Notes under the pieces: model-generated
The model's input: the letters and a program-made list of their open reading frames with translations, nothing else
What the model was told of the DNA's origin: nothing
The model's database searches: none
Program-made: the position numbers and the translations under genes
Part shown: positions 54,090 through 64,000 of the stretch, piece by piece
Layout: each line of letters opens with the position of its first letter
Position numbering within the stretch: position 1 is the first letter of the stretch
Source of the DNA: Moniliella sp. 'wahieum'
Taxonomy: Eukaryota
Reading direction: 5' to 3'
Assembly: GCA_003971905.1 (NCBI GenBank)
Contig: RSEE01000037.1
Span: 248,001 to 312,000, forward strand
Length of the DNA: 64,000 nucleotides

Positions 54090-54598
54090 CGTTACACTCT
54101 CGGTACGCTGTAGTAGGCGGGAACAAACAGAGTCCTAAAGAAGAGCAATAAAACGCTACTGATACACTGATGAGAGCACCCGCGCCTTGCAGCGTACGTA
54201 CTCGACGTAAGTCGTAAATTCGTAAGTGTAAGAGTGGTAGAAGGTGGGAGGGCGAGAGAGGAATGGAGGGTAGTCGGGGAGACCACAGACAGGATGGTCG
54301 ACCAGGACCACAGCTAGTAAGCCTTAGACTGACCGCTTAGATATATTACAACAGAAGGAACCAGGCCTCAAGGCCCTATGACATGCATGACAGGTATAGA
54401 CAGAATGCGGGGCACTTTGCAGAGAGGTAAAGACTAATACACAGCCGGCTCTTAAAGACGCTGCAGTGGCGCTGCGTACATGGATAAGGTGTCGAATGAC
54501 CCTGTCTCGCTAGTCTAACAGAACTGACGCGTGTTGGGCTGAGATGTCTACGACGTGCGGGGCTCAGCGTCCGGAGATAACCGGAGCGCCCCGTAACA
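54090..54598 (-). mobile_element. Possible decayed solo LTR
   Basis: Near-inverted ends cgttaca...cgtaaca, a central TATA-like element then a pyrimidine-rich stretch on the minus strand, TpA-rich; no TSD found. Confidence 0.3.
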
Positions 54599-54602
54599 CA
54601 GT

Positions 54603-54730
54603 CTTGTTAGAGGTACTGCTAGGGTTCTCTGCGCGGCCCTCAATGGATCGGTGACGCTCGCCTAGCCGAGCGGAAGCGTTCCGCTCGCAGGCCGCGCACG
54701 CCCTGCTCGCTCCATCTCCCTTCTCTCTCC
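54603..54730 (-). repeat. Unclassified dispersed repeat with GC hairpin (copy B)
   Basis: Inverted homologue of 10050-10185; perfect hairpin GAGCGGAA-gcg-TTCCGCTC at 54668-54686. Confidence 0.85.
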
Positions 54731-54745
54731 TTTCTCCTTCCCTTC

Positions 54746-54899
54746 AGACGTTGCTTGAAGACTTGTGGCTCACCACTTTGCCTTCACGCCTTGTCTGAAG
54801 GTACGCCTCTGCTTCCTTTCTTGACCTGTTGCTCCTCACAATGAGACGTTGCTTGAAGACTTGTGGCTCATCACTTTGCCTTCACGCCTTGTCTGAAGG
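54746..54899 (+). repeat. 56-bp direct repeat (54746-54801 and 54844-54899)
   Basis: agacgttgcttgaagacttgtggctcaYcactttgccttcacgccttgtctgaagg twice, one mismatch. Confidence 0.95.
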
Positions 54900-56662
54900 C
54901 TGCTTTGCAGCTGATCCATAGGATCGCGAGTGCTCCCGAGTCGCACTCTAGCAAGTCTATTCGGACTACCAACACAGAACACGGCCGATCCTTTGGTTGG
55001 ATCACGATGAGAAATTTGCCACACTTTTGACGGGGCGACACAAGACAAAAAGACCATGTGTGCTATATATGGTTTTCTGGCCCACAAGGTGCAAGATGGT
55101 TGGTGTCCCCTCCGTCCTAAGAAACTTGCCCATCCCGATGAGGTGTGGAATCGCCTCTCATTCGGGCATCGCTATTGCCTTCGAATCGAACAGCTCCTCA
55201 CCGTGCGCAAGAAAATGACCCGGTCTACAATGCAGTTCCCTCCTTCGTACTATCGACGTGAAATGGACGGTCCTCTCTCCGTGTGGATTACGAGCAGCCG
55301 AACCAATGTATATTGGCTTGCAGCAGCGATCAGCGGCATCCACCATGAGGCGCGCCCATGGCAACAGCTAATTACTCAGGTGGATGGTTTGCGATGAAGG
55401 AGAAAAGAATGATTTGAACAGACATAGCACTTCTTTGTCATGGCCATCCTTTTCATCGAAGGGGCAGCTGGAACGGGCAGACCTTTTTGATGAGACCTGA
55501 AGTCCTGATGGTCCTCGAGGGTGTGATGCAATCGACTGGTGGTGGTGGTGTGTAAGCCAGCCAGCAACGCCTTAGTACAGAGGAACAACAAGCAGCGAGT
55601 CGCCACCAGGGGCTAAGCTGCGGAACAAGGAAAACAAGAGAGAGAAAACAACGGAACCCAAGCCTGAGGAGGGAACTGAAGGGACATTGGCCAAAGCGCG
55701 AGCCACCCGATGGTTCAACGCTTTTCACTGCAATGCCCACCTTTTGCCCACATCCGGTGTGTACACTGGGCCTCAACGCCATCGCCGCCCTCTACTGGAA
55801 TGCGCGCGCCACTGTGCCTACTCTTCCTTTTAATCCCATCAATTGCTTCAGTACCTGTTTTGCTCTGTCAAACCGCGACACCAAGCTTGTGGACAAGCTT
55901 AACCAAGCACATGCCTGATCGTTTTTGTGACGAAGGAGTTATGGTCCACTGCTATTAGGATGAGGCTGTCGACCGCATGAGGCTCGCGTGGTATTTCCCC
56001 ATCGGACGAGCTGCCCCAAAAGCTCTTTGGCGGTAAGCTATTGACTGTCGGAAGCGACTTTAAGCACGTCCTCCTCGTCGTCCGCAAGGGTCTCCCCGGG
56101 TGTGCACTGACATTGCACACAGAAAACGTTTTGAGGAATGAAAGGTACCTTTGTTTGGTTGCATGTGAAAGACCATAGCTCACCTCCAAGCACCATCCCA
56201 CTTGACACGATGGCAGTGGAGATTGCAACCATCGCGTGCGGCGTAACAGTCTAAAGGATAAAACGATCGGAGACGAGGTTGACGAGGGACGTAAGGCCTC
56301 TCTTGACCTAAGGGCCTAAGGGCCTGGAGGGAGAAGAGCTGGTGCTGGACGCAAGTGCAGGTTTCAACTTTGAACCATGCATCATCGACCATACACCTCC
56401 ATCGGGGACGTGGAGGGCAGCTGAGCCCCGAGGTGGTAACCCGTTTGCCATTTCACGTGACGCGGTGAAACGTCGAAACGTGAAACGGGGCAGGGCTGAA
56501 ATGTAGAGATCTGCTGGCTATCTTGCGGCTTGAAGCTTCAAGATTGAAGATTGGAGCCTCAACGTGAGGCTTGAACCCAGTCACGTGTGCTGGCCGGGAA
56601 CCGACAAGCCGCTGCTCTTCGCTCGCACGCAACGCAACCCAACCCCCTCCTGCCGTGCCACC

Positions 56663-57878
56663 ATCGCTGGCTGGCTTCCCCGCGTACCGCTTCCGCCGTT
56701 CTGGATGCAACTTCTCCAGGACTCGGCCATTTCGGGCGCATGCGGGGCTTGCGTCGGCGGTGCTCACTTGCCCGCTCGACGTTGTCAAGACCAGCTCCAG
56801 GCCCAGGGCGCCTTTTCCACGCTCGGCGCTCACTCAGGGCTTCCGCGGCCAGGCCGGCGGCGTTGGCGGCGGGGATCGGCGGCGGCCTTCGCCAGCACCT
56901 TGTTCCACCAGGGCGCAGTGTCGCAGGCTGCTGCCGCACTCGGCTCCCCCCCAGCACGGTGTGGGATCGTGACCCAAATCTGGGCGCAGGATGGGGTGCG
57001 CGGCTTTTACCATGGCCTAGGCCCTACTGTCTTGGGCTATCTTCCCACCTGGGCTATCTACTTTACCGTCTACGACGAGGCCAGCAACGACTGATTAGAT
57101 CCAAGGTTGGCATCGACATGCAAGTCGGCGGTCATATCCTGTCGGCCGTGCTGGCCGGTGCGGCAGCACGGTGATCACGTCGCCCATGTGGGTGGTCAAA
57201 ACCCGATTTATGCTCCAGGCGCTGCGCCGGCCCGATGGGATCATCCCGTACCGCAATACGTTTGATACCTTGTTCGGATCTTTCGGGAGGAAGGCGTCGG
57301 TGCGTTTTACAAGGGACTGGTACCCTCGTTGATGGGGGTGAGCCATGTGGCGGTCCAGTTCCCTTTGTACGACAACCTCAAGCAAACGCTGCATCAGTAC
57401 CTCGGTCGCGGCCCCGACGAGACGCTGAAGCCATCCGAGATCTTGTCGTGCTCTACGGTAAGCAAAATGGTGGCGTCCTGCCTTACTTACCCTCATGAAG
57501 TTCTTCGCACTCGTCTGCAGATGCAGACCAATCGCTTCCCCGCCTCCTCCCGCCCTCCTCCCCCCCCCCCGGCCGCCCGCTCCTCCCCCCTAGCCCAAAG
57601 GATAGGGTTGGTGGACATGATCAAGCAGATTTGGACGCGGGATGGTTATCACGGCTTTTACAAGGGCATGGGGATCAATCTCTTCCGTACTCTGCCCAAC
57701 TCGGCAGTGACAATTTTGACGTACGTCGAGCGACGTCTCTCATTTTCTGTTCTCCTTGCGCGATCGAGCTGACCGTTGTGCGTGCTGCGACAGATACGAG
57801 CTAATGATGCAACATTTTCGCATGCTTCATACCAACCAGGCACAGCTGGTCGAGGCGGATCACCACTCGTCTCACTAA
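56663..57878 (+). CDS. Mitochondrial carrier (SLC25), NAD+ transporter Ndt1/Yia6-like; start uncertain
   Basis: CPLDVVKT, GLGPTVLGYLPTWAIYFTVYD, SPMWVVKTRF, HVAVQFPLY, TYPHEVLRTRLQ; intron 57721-57793. Confidence 0.88.
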
Positions 57879-58191
57879 CCCCTCCCCCCAGCCAGGCCTG
57901 CCCTCGCCTTGGCGTTCCCGCGCCTGCTGCCCCCGTTACGCTTGCCTCTTCGGCGGCAGCGTACTACTCACGTTCCCCCCCCCCCCAACCTTTCTGCGCA
58001 CACTTGCACTTTGCATTTTCCTTCCATCCTCACCTTGCACAGCGGCCGAGGCACTGGCTTGGGCCTAGGCGTTGGGGGCTTTGCCATGCCCGGCCTGCCA
58101 CAGCGTGGCTCAGGCGAGGTGGGCAAAGAACTGTTGATGCTTGTTCTAATACATCCACCCAACCATATGCGTAGGTAGGACACTCTTCATA

Positions 58192-58223
58192 GGAGAGGAG
58201 AGGAGAGGAGAGGAGAGGAGAGG
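58192..58223. repeat. (GGAGA)n microsatellite
   Basis: ggagaggagaggagaggag... between convergent 3' ends. Confidence 0.85.
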
Positions 58224-58237
58224 GGGAGTGGTCCGAC

Positions 58238-59404
58238 TCACAGGCCATATACTTCTCGCCGGATTGCCTCCATCGTATCCTCATCCAGGTCGGGGTGAGC
58301 ATGGCGCTGGGCGCCCTCGAGGCCCAACAAAGGGGTGCCGTCCAATGCTGGTGGGGGACCCGTCACGGCATCCACTGCCTGGGCTACATGGACTGGATCG
58401 GTACGCCACAGAGAACGGTAACGCGGAGTCCTGGCAGGCCAAATCCCTGGGCGGCAAAGCGGTAGACGACCTGTTCCGGTGTCATTCCGCGCTCCGCCGC
58501 ACACGCCAAGACGGGGGTGGACTCGAGCAGATTGGGGTTGCCCGTCAAGAGCCAAAAGGGCTGGTAGTGCACCCCATCCGCGTCGGCGGGCCGGTCGTGC
58601 CCGTCGGCAGAGGGCTGCCATGCGCAGCAGACAGGGGAAAATCGTCGGGCCTCAAGTGGGCGAGAGCGAGGGGAGAAGGGAGACGTCGTGGCCAGTGCTG
58701 GGGTGCCATCGGTTTTTGCAGAATGGTAGGTCGCACACGCGCGCTGACGCTCGGGGTGCGCAGCAGGGCCCAATGCGCGGGTCGTACACATTGCTTATGC
58801 CCACTTGCCTTACTCGCGCCACCGCCCGCCACACCAGCTCCTCCATCGCGGCCCGGCGGCGGCTGTCGTGCAGGGTGCGGAGCGGCTATGGAGCAGGAGC
58901 GAATCAAGGTACCAGTCTGCTGGGAGGCAGGCCACTGGGTCCGGGTCTTCCAGCGCGGGGGAGTGGGATCGGCACGCGCTTTGCCCTTGCTCGCCGGTTC
59001 CCACGCCGTCGCACCGGGCAGCGGCGCACACAGGTGAAGAAGCGAGCGGGCGACCGACTGGCGTACCTGCACCGCGGGCGCCGCATCGGGGTTGTACGGC
59101 ACGCCGCCTGCTGAGCTACTACGGGGTCCGACGCATGCTGCCGTCCCAGGGGGTAAACTTGGTTTGGATCCAAACCTGCTGGCGCGTCAGCTGGCTGGCG
59201 CGCATGCCCTGCCCCAGACCGCGCCGACAGCAGCCTCTCGTAGTGGCGTGGCTGGGCGGCAGTGTCCACGCCGCGGAAGCCAGCCTGGATGGCGGTGGCG
59301 ACCAGGGGGGCGGTGCGGGGGCCTTTCCATGCGGTGCCATACAGCAGCCGCGGCATCTCCAGCCGGCGGGCGGAGGGGCGGAGGCAGCGGGCAGACACGG
59401 CCAT
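58238..59404 (-). CDS. Aldo/keto reductase family protein
   Basis: MPRLLYGTAWK, AIQAGFRGVDTA, WIQTKFTP, YLDSLLLHS, VRQVGISNVYD, YQPFWLLTGNP across frameshifts. Confidence 0.88.
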
Positions 59405-60604
59405 GGCGAGCAGAAGGGAGGGGCGGGGAGGTGGGCGTGAGCAGTGCGCTGCAGGCGGTGTGAAGACTGGATGCGAGCCCACCACCAACGCTGGCCTGCC
59501 TGCCGGGGGCCAGGAAATGGCGGAGGAAGGAGCGGTTGGGCAGGCCAGCACCACGCTGCCAGGCGTGGGCTCCAGCGAGCACGCCATTTATATATGCGGG
59601 GGCTCCTGCCACACGTCATGCGTGGCGGCATGCTGGCCACATCCGCTGGCTGCTCCTCCGCCCCTCGGCCTAAACACACGTCACGTTGCCATTTCCGCCG
59701 CTGCATGACGTCAGCTGTTCGTGCGTAGCCAGACGCATGCTCACGCCCAGCCCGCGCTCGCCGCATCCCGGGACCTCCGTGTGTTGAAAACAGCGGTGTG
59801 GGACGCCTGCTCCAGGAAGAAGCGCAAGGAGGCCACAGACCAAACGCAGGATCTTCCATCTCGCCTATCTTCCTCCGCCATGGCGGTCAATCGAATGCCC
59901 CCCCCGTATTCAGGATGCATCCAAAGGCCACATTCCTCCCCGTCTCTCCGCGGCAACATCCCACACAGTGGGTTGGTCCCCCGATGATCGATGACGCGAT
60001 GCCACTTGTCTGGCCTGTCTTCTGGCGGGGCTTGAATTTGGTGGTGGTATGCTATGCAGAGAGACAGAAGTGTTGTGGGCGTCGAGACCTGTCCTTCCTG
60101 ATCTGGATCTGGGCTCTTTGTCGCAATCGGCTTGGATAACGGAGAGAGAAGACACGTCCATATCTTACAGCCACAGCAGCGTATGCGCTTTCGACTTTCA
60201 AATGGGATGGCGGTCGGGGTGTCGCGCAGCTGAGGCAGAGCGTGAGCGGCGGACTGCCGTCCCAAGGGCTCGCATGCTGAACGTTCAGCCTAAGCGCAGA
60301 AAGATGGGCGTTGTAGGTGTCGGTGACCAGGCGATCCCACACTGGCTCCGTGGGGCACACCCAGTCGTCGGAAGTGCGTGTCCGACACCGCGGTGCCATG
60401 GCGGCAGGCGAGGGATTAAAGTGATTGACAGCCGCAGGCGGGCGGTGTGCGGTTGTGCCGGGCGAGCTCAATTGCCGCAATTTTAATGAGGCGTGTCGGG
60501 TGCACTGCGAGGCACTGCCTCCTGGCCCAGCTGCCCTCCCCTCCGCACCTCCTCTTCCTCTCGTAGCCGCCCTCCCCCAGCGCCTTCCGCCTGGCCTCGC
60601 CGCC

Positions 60605-63600
60605 ATGGCCCCTGCGTCCGCCGTCCTAACCAGCAGCCGTCGGCGTCGTCGGCGTTGCCGGGCGCACGTTGCCCTTGCTGCTGTTGGTGCCTTGGGCCTC
60701 GTGTGCCTCTGCGCAACAGGCACGCTTGCCCTGCCCCCCCCGCCCCTCCTCCCCCGCCAGCAGAACGGCGGCTTGCAAGGCAGCAACACCACCGCCGGCC
60801 ACGCCTCCGCCCCCTCCGGCTCCGGCACCGACGCCACACCCCATATCCCCACCCTCTCCTTCACCAACCAGAGCGAGCCGTGGCTGTTCAAAGCGCCCTA
60901 CTCGACCGATGGCAACCGCACCGTTGCCGGCGGGCGCCACAACCGACACACCACCGACATCTCCTTTTCCGCATGCGACCTCCAAGCCAGCCAGAACGTT
61001 GCCCCCGACGCACGCATCAACGTCTCTGCCGTCTTTGCCCACATCAACCCTTCCAACCATACCCCTGGTTCTCCCGCCCGCGGGGAACTCAAGATTGTCG
61101 CCCTTGGCGCCGTGAATGCCTTGACGAATGCGGTCAAGAACGGTCCCACCTCGTTAGTGCGTACCGCTCCCGCATCTCTCAACGGAGCATCCCGCTGACC
61201 TCCCCACACACACACAGGTTCGGTTGAAACGGACTCCAACTTTCTCACTTTCCCTGTGGCCGACAAACTGGAGAGTGTGTGACCGCCTCTGGCCTGTTGG
61301 TCCCGACAATGGCCACCCTTTGGCCGGGCAGTACAAGTCGTGCAGCTACGGACCGGGCCAAGTTGCTTTTGGTGTGTCGGTGCCGCTGGAGCACGAGTAC
61401 GTCCTCGGCTCGCTCCAAACGCGCATCCGCATCAGCGATTCTTCCACGCCGGCCCGGACGATCAGCTGCATCAACGTGGTCGTGTCACCCTATACGAAGC
61501 ATGGGTGGTACTGGGATTTGTTCCTCTGGCTGCCCGCTGCGCTGGTGATTGCCTACTTTGTCTTGGCCACCGTTTCGCGAGCAGCCACGTCGATCACGCT
61601 CCGTACCCTCGCCTTCAAACACAAGGCCCGCCCGCCGGGGAGAGCCCAACTTTTGGAAAGACAAGGTGGGCCCGACCATGACAGATGGGTTGGGCGGCGA
61701 TTCGGTGATCCAGAGTTCTGCTCTACTGCGCTTTGTGACCCCGGGCTTTGCCGACGTATTGCTCTATCTCCAGTTTGTCAGTGTTTTGGGCATGATAGCG
61801 GTACGGTGGCCCGAGTTTGTGTACCCTTACTTTCGCCAGACGGCGTGGGCCTCGCTCTTGGGCAACGTGACACTGGTGCAGCCGAGTGGAGTGGACCGGT
61901 TGCAGGTAACAAGTAGCAATGCCTTTCTCCTGCTACCTCGGCCGGCTTGCCAGACTTTGCCACCCAAATGACCTCCAACACCTCCAGTCCGCTCTACCTC
62001 GACACACAGACGCCCAACACGCTCCTCAACCTCAACGGTTCCTTGCATGGGATGGAAAGCTATGCCCACGTGCTGGGTCTGCGAGCCGTGGACGTGTTTG
62101 GCAACGACAGCCATCTGGCTCATCATGGTGGGCGCCGTGACGATTGCCAGCGCGGTGGTTTGGATGATCGACATGGGCCACACCCGCTACCTGTACCGGC
62201 ACCACCGCGACGAAGGCTTCTCGTTTACCCTCAGCGAGGCTGCGGACCAGGCGGAAAAGGGAGCAGTAGGCCACGGCACTGTTAACCAGAGGCTGCAACA
62301 GATCTTTGGCTCCCACATCAATGCCTACGTGGGTAACCTGTTGCGCCTCTTGATCTTGTTCCACTTGCCGCTGACAATCATGAGTGTGTATCATTTTAGT
62401 ACCTTTGCCTTCTCCCACCCTGGCACAACGGCGTGTGCTGCCCTCTCCTTTGCCTTCTTTTGCGTCCTGGCGCCGGGGGTAGTACTATGGCGGTTGTGCG
62501 CCCACGATGCTGCGTCGTTGTGGTCCGACAAGCAGCTGCTTCTGAGTTATGGCCCCTTGTACAACTATTACGACCCCACCTCGCGTCTCTTTCCACTCAT
62601 CCCCTTTGCCCACTCGCTCGTCTTGGGCATTGTAATTGGCGCGGGACAACAGAGTGGGTCTGCGCAAGCGATCCTCGTGCTCGTTTTTGAGATCCTCTTG
62701 GCCCTCGCTTACATTTTCTGGCTCCCCTGGGGCGAAGGGGCGGTCATGGCTCCGCTCAGTTTCGTCTGGAGCGTAGCCCGGATCGCGACAGCGGTGCTTC
62801 TCTTGCTTCTGAGTCCGCTGGTCAACCTGTCCGCGCCCGCACGATGGTGGATCACATACGTTCTGCTGCTCATTCAAGCCATTGTGGCGGTCGGGTTTGG
62901 TTTGCTATTGTTGGCCAAACTGGTGGAGGCCATGATACGGATTGGGTGGAAAGTGTCGTTTGACGATTCCAAGTCTTCTCGCAACACAGGTTTGGGCGGC
63001 GGTACACCGCATCCGTCGCCGCACGTACAAAACCCGCCTAGTGTCCCCTGCTAAACAGACCAAGTCCCCCGCTGCCGCAGCACGAAGCCGAACGCCCAGC
63101 ACGACGTTGATGGGTGCCCAGACGACTGCGACGGACCACGCCTTGGGTGCGTATGCGCCCTACTTTGCTTCGGAACCGACCGAGGAAGGGGGCATCATGT
63201 CCGCCCTCCCTCCCCTGCGCGGCGACGTGGACCAAGCCGAGACCAGCGCTGCTCGCGGCTTTGTCCGACTGGGTGGTCGCCGTGCCACGGACCAAGCCGC
63301 TGCATCATATGGCCCGACCGGGTTTGCTGGCCAGTCCACCGTCTCGTCCCACGACCGTGGGCGCACCCGATTTGGCCGAGGCCTGTGGTGGCGCCGTGTG
63401 CCAGTAGATTCGGACACCGAGTCGCTCACTTCGTCCGACGAAGAGGAATATGGACTCGGGACCGCACCGGCGGCGCATAGCGCTGCCAACCTGTCCAAGC
63501 CCAAGTGGAACCTGTTGCATCGGTTCGTTCCCCTCGCGCCGCAGCTGCGCGTGAGCCAGAGGAGATGAGCGAGACAGCGCCCATCGTGCCAGAGTCCGCC

Positions 63601-64000
63601 ACCACGCCCGCCTTCTCCGTCGTTCGTCCCCCAAGAGGGACGCTTTCTTCCCTGGCAGCTGCAGTCGAACCCGAGTCGACTGGGACTGGCCAGCCGAGCT
63701 TGCCCCCATCGCAGCCGCCTTCGTCTACCGAGCCACTAGCAACAGAGGGTGCTGCTGATGCTCCTTCCCGATCGGACAGGTTCCTGGATGGGCCCCCGCT
63801 CGCGCGCTTCGCAGTGCTTCCACCGCCACTCGGGCCACAGTCGAGTCGAGCGAGACTGAACCGGCTCGGAGCGCGCACGTGCGCGCCCACATTCGTACCC
63901 CACAACAACTCTACTCTCTCTCTCGAGAGCACCCATGCGTCCGACCCCATGTCCGACAGCATGTTTTGGTTGCCGTCCGACACGCCCGAGTTCCACGCCG
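60605..64000 (+). CDS. TRP-like / flavin carrier (FLC/Pkd2 family) membrane protein, truncated at window end
   Basis: N-terminal hydrophobic segment and ML-like domain; LLRFVTPGFADVLLYLQF...WPEFVYPYFRQTAWASL, YGPLYNYY, GAGQQSGSAQAI; multiple TM segments. Confidence 0.87.

Noticed and set aside
54660..54690. Helitron 3' end (hairpin plus CTAG)
   Set aside because: CTAG is only 2 nt from the hairpin, is CTAA in the other copy, and homology continues past it.

Overview
GC-rich, intron-poor fungal genomic DNA, probably a basidiomycete (inferred from gene content and GTRMGT-type introns). Conserved genes such as H3, H4 and GFA1 carry scattered 1-2 nt frameshifts, which points to an unpolished long-read assembly, so CDS limits are approximate. 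The left ~10 kb is accessory: an inverted copy of the promoter of the pseudokinase at 27.7 kb, a tRNA-like gene, a complete 5.0-kb Ty1/copia LTR retrotransposon (158-bp LTRs, AGCGC target-site duplication, gag and pol separated by one in-frame TAG, no TGG primer site), 5'-truncated copies of a CRE/RLE-type non-LTR element and a 60-aa zinc-knuckle ORF. The rest is a housekeeping block: two Pcl-type cyclins, CDC50, YRA1, divergent H4/H3 plus H1, a CMGC-like pseudokinase, glyoxal oxidase, an OPT transporter, RPS1, SWA2, NOC3, GFA1, a mitochondrial carrier, an aldo-keto reductase and a TRP/FLC channel. The most notable signals are the probable stop-codon readthrough and half-tRNA priming in the copia element, a CGTTCACA motif clustered in the histone promoters, an H3 with QDWK at K79, an ATG-only exon followed by a 678-nt intron in YRA1, and intergenic arrays of different self-complementary heptamers that share the form NNT-G-AN'N'.
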